Shown: positions 33,530 to 45,460 of the stretch, piece by piece
How the letters are laid out: each line of letters starts with the position of its first letter
Numbering within the stretch: position 1 is the first letter of the stretch
Assembly: GCA_951804945.1 (NCBI GenBank)
Contig: OX638158.1
Location: 30,380,001-30,444,000, forward strand
Origin: Podarcis cretensis
Taxonomy: Eukaryota
Length of the DNA stretch: 64,000 nucleotides
Reading direction: 5' to 3'
Position numbers and translations under genes: made by a program
The notes under the pieces: generated by a model
The model's database searches: none
The model's input: only the letters and a program-made list of their open reading frames with translations
What the model was told of the DNA's origin: nothing

Positions 33530-35348
33530 TATTTATACCCCGCCCATTTGGCTGGGCCTCCCCAGCCACTCTGGGCGGCTTCCACAGAAACCAAGAATAC
33601 AATAAAATATCACAAGTTAAAAACTTCCCTTAAGATGTCTTCTGAATGTCAGGTGGTTGTTTATCGCTTTGACATCTGCTGGAAGGGCGTTCCACAGGGC
33701 GGGCGCCACTACCGAGAAGGCCCTCTGCCTGGTTCCCTGTAACTTTGCTTCTCGCAATGAGGGAACCGCCAGAAGGCCCTCGGCGCTGGACCTCAGCTGT
33801 AGTGAAGTTGGAAACATTAGCTTTACTTATTACCTTCTCTCCCCTCCTCCTACCCCCCAAAAAAGATTCTCCAGGGCAGCTTTGTGGATTGGGACCACTT
33901 CCTTCATGATCCTAGTTCTTCCTGTTGTTTTTGAAACTGAGAAACTGCAAATGGAGCAGCAACAGCAGATGCAACAGCGACAGGTGAGAACTGAATTACA
34001 GCATTTTTTGGCCTATTAAGTCTGTGATTCTTATCCTTTTCAGAATGTTCCTCCTTTTATCTGTGAATCTTCCTCCACCACGCAGTACATTTAATTCCTG
34101 AATCTTTGCAGAATTACCTGTCTCAAAGCATCTAGTGGATCAGTTTCACTGTATTTGATTCTGTTCTTCATCTATATCTTTTTGTGCACATTTGCTCATG
34201 TAGCATATACCTTTGCTATATGATGAAATAATAGCCCCCCTCATTTACTGCATGACCTCTTTCACTTTTTTCCTCCTGATGAATCACTTCCCACAGTGTC
34301 TTTTACAGGCATTCCATCATCCTAACACTTTCCAGTCACCCCAGCTGCTGATGCAAGATGGGGTAGATTTCTGCATAGTCTCTTCCTTTCTATGTTAATT
34401 CTAGCTTTTGTACTTCCCATAATTGCACCAAACCAGCTGAAAGAGTACAAAACACCACATTTCCAGATTTGGCTGGGGTATTGCCTATTTTGTGACTTCA
34501 GAAGCACGTCGGCTGATGGTTATGTCCACTCACAGCAAAACTTCTGAGTGATGACATTTGACTGGCCTTAATAGTAACAATGTGTTCCTTTATTTACAAA
34601 TAACACATGCCCTACTTTTCTTATTGGCATGAATTTATGACTGGTTAGTTTTCTTCCTTTACTATGGCTACAAAAGTTAAGCCTTTTTATTGCTGCATAT
34701 CAGAAATGTCCCCATTGATATAAGAGAACATCTTTGGTCACTTGACCGGGGGTGGTGGTGGAAATATTGAAATATTAGAATTACAAAATACCTGACACTT
34801 CTCACACTGCCCGAATGACCACCACCAAAATGTCCGCAACTAGAGCGCCTCTTCTGCACATGTGCACAGCGCGATCGAGCACTTCTGCGCATGTGCAAAG
34901 CATGATCGCTTTTGCACATAGTGCGCGGAACGCTTCTGCACGTGCATGGTGAAACCCGGAAGTATATACGCAGGTTTACTGCGTTCGCAAGCTGAAAAGA
35001 CGCAACATGAACCTAACGCAACACGAGGTATGACTGTATTGTAATGCAGCCTTGTATTTAAGTACTGGAATTCCACACCAGCAACAGCATGGTTTTAAGA
35101 AGAGACTAATATTCCAGAATGGTAGGAAATGCTGTGTTCCCTTTTTTAAGTTTTACAAAAGATCTGGAGCGTTATTCACCGGAAGGTGAAAATCCTTCCT
35201 CCAGTAGGCTAAGTAGTTAAAATGCTGCTCTTGCTTTTGAAGCATTTGTAAACTTTTTCACATTTCTTAACAGATTTTATTAGGACCAAACACAGGATTG
35301 TCTGGAGGGATGCCAGGTGCTCTGCCGTCTCTTCCTGGAAAGATTTAA
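30758..35348 (+). CDS. TOMM22: Mitochondrial import receptor subunit TOM22, 138 aa
   Basis: Exons 30758-30862, 31375-31493, 33866-33983, 35274-35348. Acidic N-terminus, LDETLAERLWGLTEMFPE, transmembrane segment RAALWIGTTSFMILVLPVVFETEK, C-terminus QILLGPNTGLSGGMPGALPSLPGKI*. Confidence 0.97.
31155..31220 (+). repeat. (AAT)22 microsatellite in TOMM22 intron 1
   Basis: Pure AAT run directly visible in the sequence. Confidence 0.95.
33484..33799 (-). mobile_element. L2-clade LINE 3' fragment
   Basis: Minus-strand translation LRSSAEGLLAVPSLREAKLQGTRQRAFSVVAPALWNALP..FRRHLK, followed by a simple-repeat tail. Confidence 0.82.
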
Positions 35349-36120
35349 TGAAGCTACACTGGACCCATATCCTGGAATGAAATATTGAAATCATTTGTTT
35401 GAACTGTTTGATTAGGCCAGCGTTTTTTTCTCATAACCTTGGGATATTAACTATTCTTAATGAAGGCAGAACCCCTATCAGGATCTCCTGCAATCTTTAG
35501 GCAGTCATGACTTTTCCATCCATTCAAGCAACATTATAGGTAACTATGGAGACTTTGGAAGCTTCTGTTTTGGTAGCCTTACCTCCAGGAAACCACCTCA
35601 GGACATGTCATATTTGGTCAACTTTAACCTGTAATTGTCAGTGTAAATAGCCCTGCGTTCTTCTCCAACTGTATTTCAGAGCAGTAACAGCAAGAAATGG
35701 AGTAAATGTGCCAGAATGTGCAGCATATAGAAGAACCTAGAATGCACTTGACTCTATGCAGTGAGCTCTTACTTGAAGAAAGATATTTGCCCTACAATGT
35801 TACATATTTGAAAAATAAGGGAAGCAGGAAGTCATTTTTGCCAAGTCTTATCTGTGCTGAATCTATTAGTATCAAAGTTTGCTAGAGCACTTTTGTATTA
35901 AAGTTTCAGTGCAAACATGGAAGTATTTTCTTTATTATCTCAGGCTTTACATACATTATGCTTGCTAACAGCAGGATACTAAAACTTACCAATGGAGTGT
36001 CAACCCTTAGCTTTACACGTTTGTGTTCGGTAGTAATGGCAGGGAGGGACCCTCTCAACTCCAGTGGAGAGTAGCTGGGTAATAAGTTCTTCTTAGGCTA
36101 CAGCTTCATACCAACATGTG

Positions 36121-36126
36121 TTTATT
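36121..36126 (-). terminator. Candidate JOSD1 polyadenylation signal
   Basis: AATAAA on the minus strand, about 2.3 kb after the stop codon, preceded by U-rich/TGTA elements. Confidence 0.5.
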
Positions 36127-38452
36127 TTTTTCCTTTATATACATTATTACAATACAATTCATTTCAACACACAGAAGTGACAGGACACAGGAAGGCTTTT
36201 TCATTTTTAATATTTGGTTAAACAAAATACATCTCTGTAAACAAACCCAAGACAAGGCTATAACAAAACCAAACAAGCAGGAAAACAATTAAGGGCTTCT
36301 TCATTCCCAAGCAATGGGAATGGGCTGATTCCTTTCCTCTGCTGCCATAACTCTGGTCCAGAGGGGTGGGTGATCACATGTTCCCTTTTCCTGAGCTGCT
36401 GAATCACACCACTTTTTCCCTAAGGACAGAACAATGACATAAATACACACAGACGGAAAGAAACAGCTGTATGCTTTAAAAGATATTTGCATATTGTGCA
36501 CTGGTCCATTGGCTTCCATGCAAACGGGGTCTCTCCAAAGTGCTATTATTTAGCCAGCAGACAAAATAATGTCTTTGAGATTTTTTTTTTGGGGGGGGGG
36601 ATGGCTTCAAGTCAGAAGCAGAACTGCAAGCCTGATGTTCTGCTTGTGAAGTGTGTGTATGTGTGTACAAATTCTGCTAGCTGGCTTTGGTTATTGGAAT
36701 GTGTAGTCCAGAAGAAAGGGGAGGGCATTTGTAAAAATAGAAGTTATTAGGCTATGACTGTAATACATGCAGAGAATAGCCAACACAAGTTCCCAGTATA
36801 TTGCCTGCAAGGTGTCCAGAGGTCAATAAACAAGATGTTGATACCATTCACACTGCATTCAACTGTGAAGGGCTTGGAATGCTGGCTTAGAAAGCATGTA
36901 TTGTATCTTGCTCATGCTTAGAATGGACAGGTCAGATTCCAAGGATGTAAGGGGTCGGTTTCAGCCCTCCTTAACCATTACATTTTCCTATAGAATGAAA
37001 CTAAAAAAGTGGGTTCTACTTCCACTGTTCCAGTACTACTGAAAATGAAGCTGGCAAAAAGCATTAATAATGAAAAATGCAACAATAGAATAAACGGGGT
37101 TCAAGGAGAAGTCAATCGAGTGAAAGGCCACCTTCTCCATTTCACCTACTAACTAGCACAAAGAAGTGATGTGAAACACCTGAATCAGATCAGAAGGAAA
37201 ACTAATGCAGTCTCCTGCCAGGGTCTTTAGCTTGTTCACTTAGTTGGTGAGGAGAGAAGAGTTAAATTCAGGAGGGTCACCTGCCAATCATAATGTGGCT
37301 CAGCCTACCTGTTGTAAACAGTCTTCCCTCATCCCCAGCAAACTTGCTTAAGCATTCTCAACCCCAACAACTGACCGTTGCTATACAAGAGCAACAAAAA
37401 TCTAGCCCTTTGATCTTGTTTCCCATAATTCCACTTGGAAATCAACATTTGCTCCATTTCCAGCTTCCTACCTTGCTGAAACTTGGCTACTCTTCCCTTT
37501 TGTTTCATGATTTCATCCTCAAACAGCCTGTAGTTTTATTCCCTGCTCAGTGAATATTTCCCTGAATTACAGGACAGACAGATAAGAAAAATAAACACAG
37601 GCTACATGTGGACCACCTAACAAAAATACTTGAGGCTTTTAAATAAGCATCAATTTAGCTACCACTTTTCCAAACTATTCAGTCTTTCATTTTCAGACCA
37701 CACTTAAAAAGAGCATGAGACAGGAAAACTCCTGTAAGGAGTTCCATTATTATGGTCCCATTTTGTCTACATCTCCCCTAACTCTTGGCACAATTACTAT
37801 TACAAAAGGGGAATCCACAAGCACCATACCTTTGCTAAGAGTATCTAGAGTTTCCTGAGAGACCCAAATGGTTTGCAAATTTCTTCAACATAAAGTTTGG
37901 TGTTGGAGACAAAGGACACACATAATGAAGAGTATGGAGGCAGGAAAAGCCCAAAACTCCTGTAGGGAGTTCCACAATGAGGGTTGGAGGGAGGCAGGCA
38001 TGGCTTTGGGGGGGAAGAATATGCCTGGCCCCAGCCCTACCCTGAAGGAGACACACACTAGCCAAACAGGAGCTATAGGAACTCCTGGAGATAGTTGTGC
38101 GTAACCCAGTATGAAGTCCTTCTAAGACTGGGGCGGGGGGGGGGGGGAGCAGGAAATTAAAGGGGAGAATTCCAACACCCATTTCTAAATGAAAGTATGC
38201 ATTATAATTAAAGAGCACAGATCTGGTTCTGTTACGTCCACCTCCTTCTCTTCCCCTACTACATGTCCAGCTTCTGTTCTTCATGTTGGCTCCGACAATA
38301 CCTTGTGGTTGCCTTATGGCCTCATAATGGGGGGGAAATGCCAAAGTTCCAGGGAAGAGGAGAAGAGTGCTCATTATCCACATCACAGGACATTAGAAAT
38401 TGGTGGAGGGAGAAGGACCAGTACTGTAGTGCGAGGACAGGGTAGTTGCAGG

Positions 38453-41400
38453 TCATGCATCCGCTTTCCAACTCTGATGTGCTTCCACCTCTTCAGGCAC
38501 CACTAGAAGAAGTTCACAGTTCTTTCCTCGCAGCTGGTGTCTCAAAAACTTCCTGTAGCAGTTAAAGGTGGGTAGGGGAAAAAGAAAGCACAGTTCAAAT
38601 GCAATCTTTTTGTTGAGTGTAATTTTTGGTATGCACCTATATTCTGCCATTTGAATAGCTTTAAGAACTTGCAGGTCAGCCATGATTTGATCTTATTGGT
38701 TTTCTTCAGCTGGAACTGCAGAGATCTTAGAACTTTTTAAAAAAAATCTTACGGTTCAAAAGACAGTAACACCCTTTAACAAACTTTGTTTTAAAAGTCT
38801 ATGAAGAAAATCACCTTCCAGTGAGCCTTGAGCCTTACTATGAATTAAGTATTAAATAAACTAAAAAGAAAAAACAAGTGTGTGTGTGTATGGTTCTGGT
38901 TGCACCTGCCAGTCGAATGCAGCCCCCAACAACTTTCCACCAGGGTAATGTTGCCCTTGCCCTGAAAATGGGTTCCTATTACTAAGTAACGTCAAATGCC
39001 TACTTTTCAATCTGAGCTAATTCTGTTGCAAAAAAGTGAAGGATAAGGACAAAGTCTAGGCTTCTGTTTTCATTCTTCACCATTGTTGGTACACTTTACT
39101 CCCTTCATCTCTGGGAGATTAAAACCAATCTACACTACGGATTATGCACTTCAATTTACAGTATGTTCAGAGGATGGGCACCTAGGTTACACTGGCTAGG
39201 ATGGAAGAAAACCTACCTGAGCTCACTTTCACCTCCAATGGATTCAGGTACCTTGAGTTTAGAGTCAAGGTTATAGTAGATACCTCCCACTTCCCGGACA
39301 CAGATCCAATGTTGCCGTTTAAGAGGAAGTTTCAATGGACCCCAGCAGAGGCTTGATGGCAGATTCATAATGAAGCCCATCACATTGGAGAGGGCAATTA
39401 CACTGACATCCCTGAACAGAGAATAGAAGAAAGAAAATGTTAGGCTCTTACAGTTATTTATAAACCAAATAGGAAGAAGCCAGTTCCAATGATGGCAAGT
39501 CTCTCTTGACAGTCTGGTTCTCTTTACCTGCGCTTATCCCACCAAACTGCTTCATAACCTTTGGTCTGAAGAGCTGCCATGATGACGTTCACATCATAGT
39601 TCCCGTTTCCCAGCATGCTTTTCTTGTGGGGTGTCACCATGGTGTTGGGAGACAACCTGAACATGAAAACACATTGTAGAAACATGAAGATAGCATTGGT
39701 CCCAAGTGGATGATGAAGCAAGGCTGACCATTTGGGGAAAGATAGCTGAAGATGGACAAAAAGGTTAATAAATTAAGTCCACTACTCTGTCTGTACATTT
39801 GTAGGAAGAGGTAGGTGCTGGGATGGACAGAGAGTGGGGAAGTCCATTAAGTGTTCTCAAAGTAAACCTATTGTTTTTCTGTCACCGGATTTATATCCCT
39901 CAAAAAAGCAAATGAAAGTCATTGCTAACATATAGAAGATTACAATGAACCATTATAGAACCTACAATAAAAGACAGCAAAGTTTCAAAGAGTGAGAAGA
40001 ATAAACTTTCACAACACTAAACCTGACTGGGCCCTGATAGAGACTTCATCCAAAACAGAAGAATTACAGTACAATGATTTCTACACTTTTGAAAAACTGG
40101 TAAAATTCTTGATTTTACACTGACAGATACCTCTCTGTGTTGAAAGAGCATGACACTCCTGTAAGATTCAAACATCAACTATTGTCTGAACAAAGCCAAA
40201 TAGGTCATGCTGGTTTCAATCACATGAACAAGCTACGGTATGTGTGGTATCCCCACAAGCTCAATCTGTAATTATGACTGGCATCTGGAAATGAGCAATC
40301 CTCAGACATTTACCATGAAATGATCTCTCCACAGCCAAATGACATTTGTTCATCCATAACTGCATTGGAGGAACGAAGGGCACCTTGTCCTTTCCCCTAA
40401 AGGTTAACAACAGACAGTGCCACTTTTTAAATAGGCAAGAAAGATCTGCTTTGATCCATTTCACATGCTCATGGTAACCAATACAACAGTCTATGATCTA
40501 AGACAGTAAAGAAAGCAGGCAAAGATGTATTAAACAAATTAGGACTGCATAGGGCCACTTTGCTCTGGTGTGTGATAGGCAAGTTTTGTGGGTTCGTTAA
40601 TTACAGCCATAATCCTTCAACAATTACATTTGTAAAGACCTAAGACACGGAATCCTTCATCAGGAACCTAGACGTTAAGAACTTTTCTAAATGTTCCTGA
40701 ACATTTACACACTTTTCAGTTCCAATAAGTTCAAGATAGAAACTCAAGGGAATCCACTTAAATGTACCATGTCTTAAATTAAGCCTCCCAAGAGTCTCAA
40801 GGAATATGGAGAACTCCCAGAAGAACAAGAAAACACTACATAAACAACACAGGAACTATTGCCTTGACTATATTACCTATTTTAATTTTCAACAAAAACT
40901 TCAGACTACCAGCTTTAAAATATATGCATGATCCTAGGCATTTTTACTCAAAAGAGTAAGCCCCTCCGTTATATTTACTCATTATTAAGGGTGCACAAGA
41001 CTATCCATAAAGAGAGATTGGGAGAATTCCAGTTTGCAAATGGCTGAGTAGCACATTTCTCAAAACATTTGTAGTAAATAAAGGATCAAGCATACACCCA
41101 AGGCCTACCACCTAGTTTTTCAGTTCCAAGCACTGTTTTCAAGCTAGTTACTAACACACATGATACAATAATGGGACCATATCAGCTACTGTTTAGTTGG
41201 ATAACAAAAGAGGAAGCATGGAGAGCCTGATGTGTAAATCAAAGGAGCAGAAGCAACTTGGGTAGTTGAATGGTATGGTGCAAGGAAGAGTTAAGAGCAG
41301 GAGGACTTGCAGAAGACACTGGTTCCCAGAGAGCAGACAGAGAGATATGATGAAAGACTGGCAGATGTAGCCTGAGGGATGATGGTCCACCATACCCAGG

Positions 41401-41983
41401 ACAGCAAGAATTGTATTTAACATCAGGAAATAAGTGTTCTCATGAAATCCCCTGGCTACATTTTGCCCGTGTGTCTTCTTTTTAATTACACATCAAAAAA
41501 CCTATGCAAAGCGCAGCTCTAAGAGGATTTTGTTTCTGCTTCAAAAGCTGGTACTGAGAGGCAGAACCCTGGACAAAAAGGCAAACTGTATTGTTGGTCT
41601 CCTTAGTAAAATGTGTGGCAATTGATGAAACAAGAAACCATTCAGAATCAGTGTCAAAATTCTGGAAACTCTTCTTTTCCTCACCCAACCCACAAAGAGT
41701 TTCTGAGGCACTAAATACAACTAAAGAAGTGAATGCGTGTACAGAAAACAAAACACCCCCCCCCTTAACATAATGCTGGCAAACCAAGTTCTTCTTACCT
41801 TTGAAAAATCTCCTGTAATGTGTCTCGGGTAAAGGCATTGCCGTCCTGGAAGACATTATTGAGGGCATGGAGAGCACATAACTCCTTGCGCTGTTTTTCA
41901 TGATAAATACGCACTGGCATCGGCTGTGGTGTTTCAGATGATTCCGATTTTATTTTGTCACCTTTCCATGGCACACAACTCAT
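38453..41983 (-). CDS. JOSD1: Josephin-1 deubiquitinase, 202 aa
   Basis: Exons 41983-41799, 39656-39528, 39411-39217, 38552-38453. Josephin catalytic motifs [18 protein letters not shown] (Cys), RQHWICVR (His) and YYNLDS (Asp). Confidence 0.97.
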
Positions 41984-42849
41984 TTTTTTTTTGTAGTGTA
42001 GGACGTGAAGATAGGAGATGACAAAGTTTATGAAGTTTCTCCCCACCACACAAAAAGCAGAGCAAGCAGCCTTTCGTTTCTAGACAACTCCAGCCCACAC
42101 AAGTGGAACACCTGCTGTTACTTTAATAGTTGTATTCACTGGATGGCTGCAGAAATAACTTAAAGATTTTAATCATTTTTCTCCCACCCTCCCACCTCCT
42201 TTAGCCTGCAAGGAACCGTCCTTAGTATATTTGCATCTTTTTCTCGGCCTCCCCTTGAAAAATGTTTTATATGGCCTTAACATCAGAGTGTCAGATAGAA
42301 TGTATCACATCGCTCTTTTTCCTCCATTTCCTTTGGTCAATGATGCCTCCAAGACAAAGATCCACAGCCTAACTTAAAATATGCTCAATCTAACAACAAT
42401 AACAAAAAAGGGGTGGGGGAAGACAAATATCATGTAATTAAGCAAGGCCAAGTTGGTGCTGTCCAGAAGGAATACAGGGCCCCCAGAGAGGCATCAACTG
42501 CATTTTTGCAATCTTGTCAGAGAGGCTGCGTCCCCAAAACACAGATGCAGAGAGACAGGGAAACAGACTGCTTCTTCCAGGTGGGGGTCCTCCAACTTTG
42601 CCAGGTACAAAATTCCTTGTCCCAGGTTTCTTGTGTTCCTGATGGGAGAAAAGAAGAGATCCAATAAAGCTCAGAATTATCACTGCCCGGTTACCGACTT
42701 TTTAAAACAGCACCCAGAAAAGGGTTTCCAGAACTGCTCTGCATAAACAAAACAAAAAGAAGCCACGGAGGTGCAAGGGAGGCCTGCCTTATGAGATCCG
42801 GGGTTCCCCACATCCGGAAAGAAGGGTCTTCCTTTGCCTCACAAGCACC

Positions 42850-43810
42850 CCCAGCCCTCCTCGGCGTCGCGGAGGGTGCCAATATCCCGCCGTTAAGTGC
42901 GGGCAGGAGAAGCGCGTGCAGGAACTGCGAGGGGGGGGGAGAGTAGGGAACGGGAGTTTGTGCTTGCAATCACAGCAATCCTGGCCTGTCCTGGGGAACC
43001 GCAGTCATGCAGTCAGCAGGCCCCTGTGCCCGCTCGGGGGGGGGGGCAGCTCCTTCTCTGGATTGTGGGGCGCGGAGAGGGGGGGGGAGGCGTTGAACTC
43101 GCCAACTCGGGAGAAGAGGGAACCGGAGAGTCTTTTGAGGGGGGCGAGGAAGAGAGACTGTCCAGGGTGACGTGTGGGAGAAAAGAGCTCTACTCAGGTG
43201 GGGGGCAACCCCACAGGCCCTCTCGCATTCTTGTTTTTTTTTGGGGGGGGGACACACGGAACGCCTCTCTCCCTTCGCGACCCCTCGCCCCGTCCCCCCG
43301 TCACGCTGCTACTCACCCGTTAGCGGCCCCAACCTGCTGAAGCCCAACAACCACCCAGGAGCCAGCGCATGCGCAACCATAACAGAGCCCTTCCCCGTCG
43401 CGCGCGCGTGTGTGTGTGTGAGCGCGCTGAGCCCGCCCCCGGCGCGGGCCTATGGAGCAGGGTTCCGCGTGACGTCAGAGAAGGCGGTCCTGGCTCTCTC
43501 TCCCTCCTCCCTTTCAGACGGCGCCGGAGACGTTGCCTTTGCAATCTCTTCTGAAATCTTAACCCTCCGCTGCGCGTGCGGCTTGAGCTGTGCCTTATTA
43601 TAGGCAGTACGGAGTTGTGGGGCTGAGGATTGGGTGTGACGAGCCGGGAGGAGGACCGCGTGTTCACAATTCCTCCTCATGGCTATGAAGCCCGGCGCGG
43701 ACGGAATTCTCTGCCAGGCGTCCTCTGAGCCCCGACCCACTTCACAGGGGTGTTGTTAAGGACATAAAAGGCGGGTGTAGGCATTCCTAAGCCGCGTGGC
43801 GGGTGAGATA
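42850..43810 (-). promoter_or_regulatory. JOSD1 CpG island/promoter with non-coding first exon
   Basis: CpG-rich. NRF1 GCGCATGCGC at 43365-43374, a GC box near 43432, and CRE TGACGTCA at 43470-43477. Minus-strand donor CGG|GTGAGT at 43317/43316. Candidate exon-2 acceptor at 42738. Confidence 0.7.
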
Positions 43811-45019
43811 AAAATATAATTAAGGATATGCATGCCTTTGAATCAGAGAGTCATGGTTTTAACGCGCCTCGCCTCACCCGCTCCGTTTGGGTGCCTGACA
43901 TTGGTAAACATTTCAATCGGTGCATACATCGTATACTGAATAATTCGTAAACATGGCTGTTCTTAAACCGAGGTACCACTGTATTTCAGGCAGCTTGCAT
44001 GCATGACAGCCGCTGCCCGTTTGTGCTGGAGCAGCAAAGATCCTCTCCTACCCGACTGCAGTGATTCCCAAAATATCCCCCCCCCCCCCACAACGCAGGA
44101 CCACAGTTTGGGAACCCCTGCGCTGCTGAATGTACCTTTTCTCAGGGATGAAGCTGAAGTAGCCTTGATTTTATTTATAAACGAGAGTTATTTATTCAGT
44201 CTGTGGATGCGATTGTGCAGTATTTCAAATTAGAACTGGGAGCCAGTAACCAATGTTAGCCTCTCGCCTCTTGGTGCAGCCCCACCCCACATAATTGATC
44301 ACACCACACAGTGTATGTATACCATTTGAATGACAATGCCCATCAACTGGGGGGGCGGCCCCCTCAAATATTTTATTGGGAGGCTGAAGACCCCAAGGGC
44401 CCCTAGGAGTTGGCTCCTATGGCTAGGCCTGTTTAGCATGTTAGTCCAACATCACATGGGGGACGCCCAGTTGGGGAAGACCGGCATACTTCCTCAACTA
44501 TATGGGCTGTCTTTAAGATTTAAGGACCATAAGGAAGGTAAGCTTATATAGGTTAGGTTACATATGCTGAATTTATGTATCACTATCTACTAAAATAAAT
44601 GTGCCAAAATGATTTACAGCTAAGTACTGTAAAAAAACCACAACATTAATAAAGCAACAGAAATATATCAAAAACAGATTTAGTAATAATATGTTGCCCA
44701 AATGCCCATGAAAATAAATACATATTTGCCTGGTGCTAAAATGACATGGTTGGCACCCTGTGGACACCATTCTATGAATGAGGTGACTATAAATGGTTTT
44801 TCTCTCTTTGCCACCCTCCTTACCCTTCAGAGGTGGCACACAAAGGAGGACTGCAGATAACCATCTTTGGTTCTGGACAGATTCATATGAAGACGGTCTT
44901 TTATGTAAATATATTTTCAAGGTCAAAACAGCACTTTGAACTGGGTACAGAAACAAACTGGCAGCCAATTTGTACTGGCCATGTCCCATGCTTTGTATTA
45001 ACGCCTTCTTGTTCCAGTT

Positions 45020-45460
45020 AACAATTTAATAGCTACATTCTGTATTAGCTGTAGTTTCCAAACAGTCTTCAAAGTTTAAACTGGAGGTTACTAGAAAATA
45101 GACAAGCAAGGTCAGGCTATCCCTATCCAGACAGGGTTGTACCTGGGCTACCAGCCAAAGCTGGTAGAAGGCACTCTGTGCCACACTGAGGCTCCTTGTG
45201 CCAAATGACTGGATTGAATCCAAGTGTACCCAACAGCAACACTTGTTTCTTCAAGCGACACATGTGTTACGCTGACTGAGCTTCAGTTTGTTGGCTCTCA
45301 CCCAGTCCATTACGGAAATCAGGCACTGATCCAGCACATCCACCTCACACCTGCTTTAGCTGTAACAAAGAATTCAAGTTGCATGTTGTCAACATACTGA
45401 TGGCAGCACAGTCTGAGACTCCAGATCATTCCACTATAATGTTAAACAGCATATAAAATG
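45020..45460 (-). mobile_element. Degraded L2-clade LINE internal fragment
   Basis: The remnant translation SVAQSAFYQLWLVAQVQPCLDRDSLTLLVYFLVTS resembles the L2 post-RT region; a YVDN-like RT motif remnant lies near 45390. Confidence 0.6.

Noticed and set aside
37835-38506. 183-aa and 105-aa ORFs
   Set aside because: They lie in the JOSD1 3' UTR or antisense to it, with no recognisable protein features.
42897-43740. Multiple 85-147 aa ORFs at the JOSD1 promoter
   Set aside because: GC-rich CpG-island ORFs with low-complexity translations and no splice or homology support.
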